Source: Camelus ferus | Taxonomy: Eukaryota | Reading direction: 5' to 3' | DNA length: 64,000 nucleotides | Assembly (NCBI RefSeq): GCF_009834535.1 | Contig: NC_045697.1 | Coordinates: 6,636,001 to 6,700,000, forward strand | Shown here: positions 12,351 to 24,885 of the stretch, piece after piece | How positions within the stretch are numbered: the first letter of the stretch is position 1 | How the letters are laid out: each line of letters opens with the position of its first letter | Position numbers and translations under genes: made by a program | The notes under the pieces: model-generated | What the model saw: only the letters and a program-made list of their open reading frames with translations | The model's database searches: none | What the model was told of the DNA's origin: nothing

Positions 12351-12699
12351 GATACCATCCTCGCTCCCTGGAGCTTGGAGCTGTGCTTTGTGAACACTAA
12401 TGACAGCAGAATCCATTTACATTCATGCAAAAGTCATTGAGCTGGGGGTGGACCAGTGGCTTTGAGCGAGGGGGCTCTGGGAGTTGTTTCAGTGGAACAA
12501 GGGTCGTGCAAGTAGTGAATGCCTGCTCACCCCGCATTTGAGAACACCTGTTTCTGGGGGCAGGTGTGATTTGGATGTAGGTAAAATGGGTGTCATGGAT
12601 ATAGATATAACCAACCAGATAGAGATACCAACCCAGATAGAGAACCCAGTGGAAAGATTTCTACATTAGAGCTCCAAGCATTTAAAATGCAAGACTTGC

Positions 12700-13263
12700 G
12701 GGGAGGATATAGCTCAGTGGTAGAGCACGTGCTTAGCATTCACAGGGTCCTGGGTTTAATCTCTGGTACATTCCATTAAATAAATAAGTAAACAAATAAA
12801 CCTAAGATTGTTTACTATGTTTGCAAGTCTGTTTCTGTTTTGCAGATGAGTTCATTAGTGTCCTCTTTTTTTTTTTTTTTTTTAAGATTCCACATATGAG
12901 TGATGTCATATGGTATGGATAAATTTGGGAGTTTGAGATTTACAAATGATAACCATCATATATAGAAATAAATAAAAACCAACTTTCTTCTGTATAGCAG
13001 AGGGAACTATATTCAGTATTTTATAATAACCTTTAATGAAAAAGAATATGATAATGAACACATGTATATATATATATACATGACTGGGACATTGTGCTGT
13101 ATAGCAGAAATTGACACATTGTAACTGACTATACTTCAATTAAAAAAATTAATAAACCCTGATATTTTATGGCTTGAAATAAAAATGAATAAATAAATAA
13201 ATGATAAACCTTAATTACCTCCCCTTCAAAATTGATTAAAAATAAAATAATTAAAAAATTAAA
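12700..13263 (+). mobile_element. tRNA-Ala-derived SINE (Vic-1-like) interrupted in its tail by an L1
   Basis: Head ggggaggatatagctcagtggtagagcacgtgcttagcat..gtcctgggtttaatc. Tail 'aaataaacctaa' resumes as 'ataaaccttaattacctcccc' at 13204. Flanked by 'taaaatgcaa' at 12683-12692 and 13264-13273. Confidence 0.85.
12803..13150 (+). mobile_element. 5'-inverted, truncated LINE-1 3'UTR
   Basis: 12803-12916 is L1 3'UTR antisense and 12917-13148 is the downstream 3'UTR sense, ending 'atacttcaattaaaaaaa'. Both align by eye to the L1 at 3934-4658. Confidence 0.9.
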
Positions 13264-14734
13264 TAAAATGCAACCCCCATCTCAGACTGAGAGGAGCTTG
13301 ACAATATCCTAGTGGAGAGCGCTAGTCTGCGTCAGGTGAGAGGCCACCCTCAGGTGGGACTCCCTCAGGTGCTGAATCGTGTCTTTACAACTTCAATTAA
13401 AAGAAAATGCAGATGCTGCCTGTGTTCTACACACTTTGTGTGAATGTGGTTCTTCCATTCTTTTCCTGCAGCTCAGTAAAATAGGGGAGGGGGTGGAGGG
13501 TGACTGACTGGTGCTGCAAGGGGTCCCCTCAGACCAGAACTTAGATCCAGAGAAGCAGTGCAAGTTTCCCTAAACTGCCCTGTTGGGCGCCCAGCTGGGC
13601 TTCAGTCTGGAGTCTACAGAATGGTGAGATAGGGGAGGCTGAGCCTGGATTCTCCACCTGCTTTGAGCAAATTATTTAGTCATTTTTTTTTTTTTTGTCA
13701 CAAAAAGTTGCAAAATGCCTGACACACAGAAAGTCTCGAGGACTTTGAGCCCACTGTCTTCGTTAGTCTGTGAAGCTTACTATCAGCATCAACATTTTGG
13801 AGGGGATTGGGGAGGAGAGGTTTTCCCAGCCAAGGACAGAGCAGGTGACTCCTGTGAAAGCCCAGTCAGGCTGTCTGACTGCGGATGGGAAGAGGGGCTC
13901 ACCTGGCTCCCTGGGGGTCCCTGGGGAGGGACAGAGGGGCAGTGACAGCACAGCTGCAGTGGAAAGGAGATGAAAACTGAAGCACCGGCAGGGGAAGATT
14001 TCGCAGCCCAGTTCTGGGGAGAGAAGAGATTGAGGGGATGGATAGATGGGGAGGGCAGAGGTGAGGGAGGTGGGAAGGGAGCTGAGTCTGAGGATAACTC
14101 TGTGGTCTGTGCCCAGTTAAGAAAGTCTGCCCTGCACCTGGCACCTCAGTCACTTGGAAATAGGCTTCCAAACCCCCAACTCAGAAAAGTGGGGGCCCTT
14201 CTGAGCTCTTTTCTGAACCTCTTCCAGAACTGTCTTGCAACTGGGAAAGGGAAAGAGACAGCCTGAATTTGCATTCTTGGAACACAAATGGTGCCAAGAC
14301 CAGGACCCCTGGATTCCAGCCAGGACCACAGAGCTGAGTTGGTCCAATCCCCAGGCTCTGAGAGAACCTCTCATCTGGGCCAGGACTGGGGGAATCCTGG
14401 ATTCATGCCACTAGCCTGATGGGGATGAGTCCAGCGGGGCAGGGCTGGGCCAGCTCCTTCCCCTCTTTCTGTGGGGTCTTCTGTTCTCCATGAGCCCCTG
14501 GCCTCCAGCGTGGTGCTTTTCACATTGTAAACTCTCAAAATACCTTTGGGTGATAAAAAGACCCCTGCATTTTCATCGTGGGGATTTGGAATCAGAATGT
14601 CAGTTACAAAGATCATCATTATTCATCATTATATATGAATACTTATGTGGATTGGCTTCTACAGTCATGATTTTAAACAATTTACCCTCACAACAAATAC
14701 TGTGACATTAACTAGGGGGTGGGGACTTGAGCTC

Positions 14735-15175
14735 TGAGGTAGGTAGAATTGTGCCCCCCTCCAAAAAATAATATATGTGTTTGAGTCATCACCCCTGGGT
14801 ACCTGTGACTGTGGCCTTATTTGAAAATAGGGAATTTGCTGATGCAATTGCATCAAGATAAGGTCATAATGGAGTCATGTGGGTCCTAATCCAAAGACTA
14901 GTGTCCTTATAAGAAGAGGGAAATTTGGATACAGAGACACACAGGGACGACATCGCATAAAGACAGAGGCAGAACGGAGTGATGTGTGTTCAAGGCAATC
15001 ACCAAGAGCAGGGAGAAAGGCCTGGGAGATCCTCCCCTGGCGCCTCAAGAAGGAAGCAGCCGTGTGACACCTTGACCTCAGACTTCTGTTCTCCTGAACT
15101 GAGAGGCCACCAGTTTCTTTTGCTTCAAACCACCTGACTGGTGAGACTTTACCACAGCCTCAGGAAATAGACACA
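14735..15175 (+). mobile_element. MLT1C-type solo LTR inserted in a MIR
   Basis: TG...CA termini, 'tgtggccttatttgaaaataggg' and 'gtgtccttataagaagagggaaatttgga'. 5-bp TSD agctc (14730-14734) / ggctc (15176-15180). Confidence 0.9.
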
Positions 15176-16074
15176 GGCTCAGAGGGTTGAGTTGCTTGCT
15201 TGTCACGTGAAGTCAGGGGCCTGGCCAGGATTTAGAAGGTGTTTATGTCCTGTCTCAGTCTGAGACTCGAGTCCTGACTCCTGGCTCAGGCCCTTTTCGT
15301 TGGCCCAGGTCCCTCTTTGTCTGGGTGTTGGATTTGCAAGTCTGGGAGCCTCCGGCAAATCCCTGGGCTCTCACTCACAAGAAAGTCATTCATTCACAGA
15401 AGCTGTTCAGGCCCAACCTTTCCTGGACCAAGTTTGAGGATCCTGGAGACCGGACCAATGTCAGCTGAAGCCGGGTTGAAATGAAAAGATGGATGTTTCC
15501 GCTGGAGTGTGAGTGCTTGTGCCTGTGTGTTCATGTGTGTGTTGTCTCGTTCTGTGTCTCTCTGTTTGAAAGCAAAGCTTATTTATCACAGAGACGCGGA
15601 AATATGCAAATTAAAGGTGGGGTGGGGCTAAAGTGCTATGCAGTGAATGCCCTCCTTTACTCTCCCAGGCCTTTCCCTGTCCTTTGCGGCGCCGTGTGAA
15701 GAAAACCCAGGCTGTTAAATGTTCAGTTTTCCCCAGATGCAGAGAACAGTGCAGTCCAAGGTAGAGAAGGCTGAATGTTATTTTCAGAAATAGGCAGAAG
15801 CAGCACAAAACACAGACATGATCTTAAGAGAAATCAGGCAAAAAGAGGAATCCGATATGTTGCTCATGCACAGAGAAAGGAGACCTTGCAAGACCCTTCA
15901 GGCTTGCTTTAGGAGAGAAGTTGCGTTCCTCCTGAATGCCGTCCACACGAGAAACAAGAAAACAGTGGACGCGTTTTGAGGTCTCTCCTTGTGTGTGGGT
16001 GCGATTCTCTGCCCACCAGCTTGGCTCCTCAGCCCCCCACCCCGCACCCCACCACCATCTCCTGCAGGCTGTCA

Positions 16075-16210
16075 GCTCATCTGTTTGACAGATGAGGAAA
16101 CTGAAGCTCAGACCTGAGAGGGAAAGTGGAATTACGTAAGCCACACAGCCATTGAGTGGCAGTCTGGACTGGAGCTCACATTTCCTATCCCTGAGCTCCG
16201 CACACCTTTC
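16075..16210 (-). mobile_element. MIR SINE
   Basis: 'tttgacagatgaggaaactgaagctcaga...gccacacagcca'. Confidence 0.75.
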
Positions 16211-17029
16211 GGCAAAGTCCTTTCTTTTATTTTTCAAATTAGAAAAGTCGCACGTGCTCTTTGAAGACAAACTCAGCACAACGTGGAAACTCAGCCTGGG
16301 GAGAGCCCTTTCCCTGGCTTGGCTCTTCTTCTCACCTCTCCATCCTTGCCCTCGCCACTTTTCAGTTCTAGGATCCTGTTTGTAAATAGCCTTCCAGACC
16401 CACCCAACACACATACCTTCACACCTACACGTGCATCCTCACCCTTCACCAAATAGAATTATAGCAATTTGCTCTTAGACAAAATAGTTTATGAATATGT
16501 TCCCACATCATATGCATATTTGTGCCATCCTTAAAAAAAATTCTTAATAGTATTCCACAATAAAGATGAACAAACTTTGCATCATTTGCTTAGTAACGGG
16601 CATTTAAGAATCTCCTAGGGTCTTGGGCTGCCAGCAGTGATGGACGGCGCCCCAAGGTCTGCACAGTGCGCATGACTAAGCACCTCTCTCAGAACAGTCG
16701 CTGGACCAGTGGGTCTGGGTATATTAGCATCAGTGCTTCCAAGTTACATTTTACAGTTGATACCCAGTAACTTCCAATTTACACTGCTAAATTATAATCT
16801 TTAACTATTCTAAGATATTTTTTAAAATTTGGCAATATTTATTTTAATCTCCAAGAATTCTCCTTCTTCTCTGATTTCTCTCTCTCTCTCTCTCGGCCAG
16901 TTCTTATCTGGGGGATGTGATAGTGTCATGAATCTTTGCTGGCATCATCCGGAAGGGTGATACAAGGAATAAAGCAAAACATTGCCTACTTTTTAATCAA
17001 TCTCTTTTTCCTCTGCTCTTGTCACATGG

Positions 17030-17225
17030 CTTGAATTTGGAGTCTGGCTCGACCTCCTACTAGTTGTGTGATCTCGGGAAGTTTGGACCCTTCTGTGTTG
17101 CAGCCTTCTTATCTGTAAAATGGGATAGCAGTGGTGCCTTCCTCAAAGAGGTTTGTGAGAGTTAAGTGAGGCCGTAGGTGTGAAGCACTTAGACCCCGCC
17201 TTGCTTACAGTAAGTGCTCACAGTT
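17030..17225 (+). mobile_element. MIR SINE
   Basis: 'ctactagttgtgtgatctcggg...cttatctgtaaaatggga...gtgagagttaagtgag...cagtaagtgctca'. Confidence 0.8.
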
Positions 17226-17719
17226 ACCCGCATGCTTATCTGATGCTGTCAGTTTTCCTTAAATTTCTGTTGATCCCTGGCTCTAGACTGAACAGGGTGA
17301 GGAAAAAAAAAATTGAGGAATCACAGTGGGTGAGTGGGTGATGCGGGTTTCCTCAGCACCTGTTCATTTCCTCTGCCCAGGGCTCTCCTCCAGGAGAGAA
17401 AGACCTTGGGCCACGTGGGTCAGTGAGCAGGAAATGAGCAGTGAGCAGGTGGAGGGTTTCATGAGACAACCTTGGGGACACACTGGCATCATTTTAATGG
17501 ACTAGATAACACAGTTTTACATTGTCAGCCAGGCCCATGTATGCTTTTAAATTTTTGGGCAGAGCTGCGTTTATCATTATTTTTCCCCTTCCCTTCCCAG
17601 TCGCTGCCTCATACCTGAGATATGAGGACTTGGAGGTTAAGACTTCCCAGAGATTTGCTCTACTTAACTCTCTAACCGGGAAGGACTCCTAGGAGGGGAT
17701 ATTTGCCCCATTTACAACT

Positions 17720-17890
17720 TGTATTTATTTATTCATTCACCGAATACTTATTGAGCACCTTTGCTGGTCCTACTTCTAGGCACAGATAACGTAGTAATAA
17801 AGAAACTGGCTCGACTCTCATGGAGCTGACAGTGCAGCAGGTGGGGGAGACAGACTGTGCACAGAGAAAGAAACGTCTGAGGGGAGTGCA
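17720..17890 (-). mobile_element. L2 LINE 3' end
   Basis: 'attcattcaccgaatacttattgagcacct...ctctcatggagctgacagt'. Confidence 0.75.
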
Positions 17891-19829
17891 CTCAGCTCTG
17901 CTTTCGTCTGGTGCTTTTTCTCAGTCGTGGTGGAAACTAAGTGAATAAGGGACAAGTGTGTTTTGCTCTGAGGACCAGATGAGCAGCACAAAGAGGCAAG
18001 TAGTGTGAGCACCTGTCCAAGGCGGGATGTAAGGTTTTTGAGCTTCCCCTCCACTGAGGACATTCCTGAGTTCCCTGAGAAGCTGGAGTTGGCCAGGTGG
18101 GATTTCTGGGGCAGAAGCAGGAGCCCTCTCCTCTAGTTCTCTGTGGGAGGCAGCAATTCCTCCAGCACCCTTGGTTTAGAACATTGCTGGAAATCTATAT
18201 TGAGTTTGTTTTCCAGCCTTTCCCCAAGTGAGCTGCCCAATATTCTTTCAAAAATAAAAAGAAAACTTTTCTCTGTGTCAATATTCAGAGTCATCTTCTA
18301 TTGCTTGTAACCAAGACCCCCAACTGAGGGTCAAACTCTGTTACATATTGTTCCCAAGCATTAAACTGCAATCGAGCCTCCAAACAAGTCTGTGACAAAG
18401 GCTTCTTACCATCGTGGTAAAGACGTGGAAACTGAGACTGAAAAATATAGCATCACACTGCTCTTCCAAGCCAGAACCCAAATCCAAGTCCACTTGACTC
18501 TCCATCTCTGCCTTTTCAAATACATCATCCTGGTTATGTGTCTTCCGTCTTAATTCAGGATTGGTTCTGAGTACAGAACAAAAAGACTCCAAAGGGAAAA
18601 TAAAAATGGACCTAGCTCTGGGAGGATGAGACAGAGGAGCTGTGAGAAAGTTGAACTTGAACCAAGAAAAGTGTGGGTTTTCATATGAAGAGCACACAGG
18701 GCAGGTCGAGATTGTCTCCATGTGCAGAGAAGGCATCAGTCAACATCACACTGACATTCCACCTCCCTTTCCCCAGCAGGATGTGCAGTTTCTTCATATC
18801 CATGTTGATCCAAGCTAACGCGAGAATGTCAAACTTATCCTCATTAATTTTAATTTTATAACATTTTTCTCCATCCTGTGTAAAACTTCTCTTTGAATGT
18901 TATAATCTGTTCAGCTCGGGTACATTCACACTTGAATTATTTAACCTTGGCTAATTTTTTGAATACTTCCCTCCAAAGCTCCCAGCACACATTCTGCAAT
19001 AACACAGCATTTCAAGCAGAGTAATCAAGATTTCTCGTGATATGACATCTCTTTTCATTTGTTCCAGGTCTCTTCATTATTTTACCCTTTTTTCCTCTTA
19101 GTAGGTGGGAGCAGAGGATTTAAACTGAACATCAGGCATGAAGAAAAGCTTAAATTCAGACCAGGAACAAATGTGCATGTGCCTGAAAGTGCCGTAATCC
19201 TTGGAAAACAATGGAAAATATTCTGGATTTAAAAAATATATATATACGAATTGCAATCAAGAAGGGGAAAAAAAGTATTGAACTTAGTTGGAAATCCCAG
19301 TTTTTTTAATTTCATTTTTTTTTTAACTTTGGGGAAGGCAATCATGTTCTCTGAAACAGAGTTCCTTTATTTTATTTTATTTTTTTGCGTAGATAGTCTT
19401 TCATAATCTATGAAAAGAATAATAATATATAATTTCATAGCTATTGTGAGGATTGAAGAAGTGCAAATAACTCAAGCAAAACCACATAGCATATACTTGA
19501 GAAAGCTGGGCTTTGGACTCATATATATCTGGCATTAAAACTACATTTATTCCACTAAATGACTGTCAAGAAGATTATTAGAATGTATAGGGCATTAAGG
19601 TCAAGGTGAACAATGGGTCTTAAGCCAGGGAAGTAGATAGAAATCAGGACAGAAATTCCAAAAGATGCTGTAGCGAGTCCCCAGCCAGTATGACCATGGA
19701 AACAAGAGAGGGCAAGGGCAAGCCGATGTCAGGCTTAGATTTAGGGCACCTGTTCTTGCCAGTCCTCAGTAATGGAAATTTCCAACTCCTTGAGCCAAAG
19801 ACCTATCCTACGCTTTGGTTAAGACATCC

Positions 19830-20450
19830 ATCCCTCCATCTATCCATCCAACCATCCATCCATCTCCCATCCATCAGCCTAACTGCTCAACATATGTTGA
19901 GCTTTTTTTTGCATGGTAGGTACAACGCTAAGATACACAGTGCTGAGAAAACTAGTTCAGTTCCTGTCTTCTTAGAGTTTGTAACATGGTGGGGGTCTCA
20001 AGAATCATTAATATAGTGATGACATACATATGTAAATAAGAATTGGTGAATACCATGAAGAAAAGGCACTTGTGGTAATAATAACTTGCAAGGGAGGGCC
20101 TGATCTAATTTCCCCCCAAAGAATGATGTCTGACCTGAGTGGAGGTGGGCACTAACTAGGAAAAGCCATGATGACAGTAGGACATCATGTGGAGAGGGTC
20201 TGAACCTGGCCTTCGGTCGCTCACTGGCACTGTGCTCCCTCTGTGTGGCTGCAGGACCAAGACCCAGCAGCAGAGACCAAGACCCAGATGGACTGGAGGG
20301 CAAGGCCAGCCCACACAGGCCATGGAAGTGTCTTGTCTTTATCTTAAGCACGTGGGGAAGCCTGGCAAGGGTTTGGTGGAGGTCACATCGATAATGTAAT
20401 TTACATTTTGAAATGGTTACTCAGACTTCAAAGAGACTGACTGGGGGTGA
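19830..20450 (-). mobile_element. L2 LINE fragment
   Basis: (TCCA)n-like tail, 'ttcctgtcttcttagagtttgta', and 'gggaagcctggcaagggttt...aatttacattttgaaa'. Confidence 0.65.
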
Positions 20451-20639
20451 GAAGTGATGGGGACATCTGTTGGTGAGCCATGGTCCAGGCACTGCCATTG
20501 TGCTTATGGTCATACCATTAGTAAATCCTTTCCTGGGGCTGGAACCCAAGGCCTAGGAGAGGAATCAGCCCTGACAATAGGAAATAGTACAGGTGGGGTG
20601 GGGGGAGGGGAGGAGACTGACTTTAACTAAATGCCTTAC

Positions 20640-21080
20640 AGACTTTTAATTCCCCAGGGGTGCCTTGACAACACACCACACACTGAGTGGCTCTAGGTAA
20701 CAGAACTTTAGTCCCTCATGGTTCTGGAGGTTGGACGTCTGACATTAAGGGCCCCACAGGGCCGTGCTTTCTCTGAAGCCTCTAGAAGAATCCATTGCAG
20801 TCCTTTTGCTTTGCTCCTTGGAGTTCCTTGGCCTGTGGGCACATCATTCCAATCCCTGCCTCTGTCTTCACGTGGCCTTCCCCCTGTGTCTCTGTCTTTA
20901 TAGGGCCAGCTTTTTATAAGGACACCACTCATACTGCACTGGGCTGCATCCTAATGACCACATCTTAACATGATTACATCTGCAAAGAGCCTATTTCTAA
21001 ATAAGGTCTCATTCACAGGTAGCCAGGTTTAGGACTTACAACATTAATTTTTTGGGGCGGACACAATTCAATTTATAACA
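20640..21080 (-). mobile_element. MLT1B/C-type solo LTR
   Basis: 'tcatggttctggagg', 'tataaggacacca', 'gattacatctgcaaagagcctatttctaaataaggtc' and terminal 'gacacaattcaatttataaca'. Confidence 0.88.
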
Positions 21081-23149
21081 CAGATGTCATTCTCAGGCCC
21101 TGTGACAATGTCCACATGACAAACGTCCCTTCTGTACTGGTGACTTCCCTCCACACGCTAAATGCCAGCTATGTGCTTGGATTGTCCATACCTCACAGAC
21201 AGCCCACCCAACAGTGCTCTGGGGAAGGCACCCCCATCTTCATGTCACAGAGATTTGGGGAGGTTAAGTGAGCCTCCCATTCTGCGCAGCTGGGAAGTCA
21301 AAGGGTGGCATTTGTGCTTATAGTTTATTTCTGTATTATTTCAAAGCCCTGGCTCTTTCATTTTTACCTTTCTCTGTCCTGGACCGTGGATTCCTACCTT
21401 GAATTCTCTGTGAACCCAGGACGTCCCCTGCAAAAAGAGATCTCGAGCTAATCACTGCTGCATCCAGAACATCTCAGATGGGGGTCTTCAGGAGAGCAGA
21501 CCAATGCTCAGGAATTTCTCTTCTGACTTTTTAACAAGTACAGTTTGTAATTAGCTTTTGAATAATACCGCTCTCTGCTACATTCTAATTGTTAAAAATT
21601 GTACAATCAAAATCTCCATTAAAATAAGTGTGCCTCATTATTGGTGTAATTAGGTTTAAATGACAGAGTTTTAGGGAAATTGAGGTTGCTGTTTTCCTGT
21701 CCTTCCATCTGTCTCTCTTCTTTCCTTTTCTATCTCCTTTCTTTCCTTCCTTCCTCCCATTTTCATTTCCTCTTTCTTTTGTTTCCCGTATGTGTAGAAT
21801 GTGTGTGGGTGTGCATGTGTTTGAGAAAATAACAAAAAGTTGCTCAGTTTTTCCACTACAGGTCTAATTCTTCGTCAAGTGATAATAGTATGCTTTTCTC
21901 TTTTAGGGTCTGATTCATAAGAAGAAAAGATTCTCTTAGGGCAATCAAGAGAAATTGGCAAAAGAGACATGGATTGGACTGGATTTTACATCACCTGGAT
22001 TAGCTACATGCATCTGCACTGCATTTTTGCCTTTGGCCTCTCTCTAAGTCATCATTTTACCTTTAACATGGCAGAGGCATGCATTAGAGAGAGTGAAAGC
22101 TTTGAAATCAGAGACGTTAGGTCAAATCTTGATTCAGACACTTCTCAGGGGTCTGATTTCATGTTTCTCTTTCTCTGTCTGGGCCTCAAACTCATTAATT
22201 TCTTTGAACTTTCACAAACACTTACTGAGTACTTTCTTATAATGCACTATTTTAGGGACTGAGAATAGAACAGTGGTCAGAAAAATATTTCTGATCTCCA
22301 GGTACTTATATTCAAATTTTGTGTTTTATGTATTTTCTGTGATGTCTGAGGAAACTTTTCCCTCAGGTATACTCGATATATTATGTTATCCAAATCCATA
22401 GTTGCCATACAGATGAATCCCTGGTGTAATGGTAGCTAAGATCTTCCTGAAAAACCTCTATGATTTTAATCTCCATTGGCTTTTTCCATTGGGTTGTCCT
22501 TAAACGCACATAAAGCCCAATGCTGAGTTTATAATCAAACTCCACCAATGAATTTCTTCCCTAGAGTGCTTAGCCACACAACCTAACAGATATGTGGTGA
22601 TGCACATAAAATGTCTGAAAATGAGTACACTGTCTTGTCTTGTTCCTGCTTGTACCATCAGTCAATAGTCAATAAATACACGTTAAGTAAATGATGGAAT
22701 GAGTGAATTAGGAGGATGTGGTCTAGGAGAGGAGGTAGATATATGAAAAAAAATCTTCTATAGTTCTCAGCAGATAGGACGTCACCAAATCCACCCTAGT
22801 AGATAAAATCTTCAGTCCTTAAGTGGAGGCTTGAATGAAGTGCTGTGGGAAGGCATCGCTGCAAGGCCTGGCCAAGTCACAATATTCTTTGCTGAGGAGG
22901 TAACATGTTACTTGGGTCGTCAAAGGTTAGCAGGGAGTTTTACATGGAGAAAACCTGCAGGGAAAATGACAGAATGGGTAAAGGAGAAGAGTCACAACTG
23001 ATCTGTTGAATGAGCTGAATGTGATACAGTGTAACTACAACGCTTTAAAAATGTTCCCCTCCTCTGTCATCAAGCATGTCAAGAGGGAGTGTCATCTCTC
23101 CCTTTCCAAAATTTGGGTGATGTCTGGAAAGAGTTTTTAAACCACTTTC

Positions 23150-23370
23150 ATGTATGTATCAGTCAGCTATTTTTGTAACAATGCTCTGTAACAAACCATT
23201 CCAAACTTAATGGCTTTCAGCAGTGAGCAAAAATTCTCAGCCGCCCTCTCTGCAGGGTGACTGTGGTTCAGCTGGACTAGATTAGTCTTGACTGGGAAGT
23301 TCTGTGACGACAGGTCAGCTGGCTTTGAATACGGGCTCTTGGTCTGCTCCACTGCCTTATTCTGTGTCCA
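23150..23370 (-). mobile_element. Old MLT1 LTR fragment
   Basis: 'tgtatcagtcagctatttttgtaacaatgctctgtaacaaaccattccaaacttaatggctt'. Confidence 0.6.
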
Positions 23371-23419
23371 GTAAAAAGGCTCTGAAACCAGCAGCGAGAA
23401 AGGGAGGATGCAGCCTGTT

Positions 23420-23790
23420 GTGTTATCCTTGCTTGTTTTGGTATTCCTTAGAGCTTCCCACAGACATTCCAGCTCTTTTTCCTTCTCAGAATGGTAAGAC
23501 CACACTTGGCCCTCCATTTAAAGTTAGCTGTGGTCATGTGACTTTCTTTAGCCAATGAGCTGTGTACCATTTTGATGGAACTATAAAAATCAGTTAATGC
23601 TTCATTTTCCCTTCCTGGATACACCAGCAGTATTCAGCTTGTGTCTCTGGATGATGTAATTAGCAGAGCTTCTGGGATGGACACGAAACATGAGTGAGAA
23701 AGAAGTCTTTGTTTTAAGTTAAGGAGGTGCATATGTGTGTGCATGCGTGTGTGATCACAGCATAACTTAGCTTATCTTTACTGCTAAAGC
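23420..23790 (+). mobile_element. Old MLT1J-like LTR
   Basis: 'aagttagctgtggtcatgtgactttctttagccaatgag', 'catgagtgagaaa' and 'cacagcataacttagcttatc'. Confidence 0.7.
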
Positions 23791-24885
23791 TTCCACTTTC
23801 CCTCTGGGCTGCATTCGCTGTTTCTGACTCCTCCACTAACATGAGGAGGGATGAGGAAAAATTTGGTACAGTTTTATGTAGCTGGTGCAGGTTTAGGTCT
23901 CCCTTAAGTGTTAAATGCTCTCTGACATGACAAATATCTTAAGGTTGACCTTCCCTCCTGGGGTGTTTGAGGAGTATCTTACAGTACAACGGCTGGATTC
24001 CTCATTCTGCACTACTTCCTGAGAAGGGTAATTCTTGATTCTTCTGATGGCTCTTGACTCTGCTTCTATTCCTACTTCTGATGAGATTCTTCCAGTCATT
24101 TTCTGCTGGCTTCTTGCTGTCTCCTGCAGGCAGACCTATTGAAGAGGGTCCTTTTGAGACCACGCTAATCTATCTGCTCTATGCATTATCCCCTAGACAC
24201 AAAGGAAGCCTGACCTTGCTGCATTGTTGGAGAAGTGCTGTTCCCACTGCACTTCTCTGTCCCCTGTCTGCTGCTGGGGCAGATCCAGCCAGCCTTTCCC
24301 ACGGAGGTAAGTATCCAACACCATCCCTGTGCCCTTCTATTTGAGGCATGAATCAATTCATCAGAAAGTTCTCACCACATTTTATGAAGCCCAGTGTCAG
24401 GACTGGAACTCAAGGCCTCCTCTCATACCTGTTCCAACCTCCCCAGAGGAGGAAAATTCTCAGTCCATCCTTCTAGACTAACAACTTTCCAAAAAATAAA
24501 AAATCTACTTAATGACTCTGGGCTGTACAGATGGACAGTTAGGCTGGGGGTGAGCTTTGGGTCTCAGGACTTGTTTTGTCCATCTCTCCTGCAGTCTGGC
24601 AGAGACGGACTTAGCTCCTCCTGATAGAACATATGAGCAATTCACCTTGATGGTCCCAGCTTTTGGGTCTCAATAAAAATTACAGAGGCAAACATCCATT
24701 TACCATTTTACAGAGTTTCAAAAGACTACCACTTGTCCCAGGAGAAGTGAGAAGCTTGGGGTGAACAGTGATAAAGAACGCATAGTCCTGTTTTCCATGA
24801 TGCCTGGTACCCTGCTTTCTGTTTCTGGGGGTTTTCAGTCAAACTCAGATCATACCTCTCTTTCTCAGCATTGCTTTTTACCACC

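Noticed and set aside
15824..16414. Longest ORF in the window (196 aa, minus strand)
   Set aside because: Runs through a MIR, has no recognisable domain and no supporting splice structure.
20592..20613. G-rich run as a possible G-quadruplex (similar runs near 13484 and 16033)
   Set aside because: Only three clear G3+ tracts and no context suggesting function.
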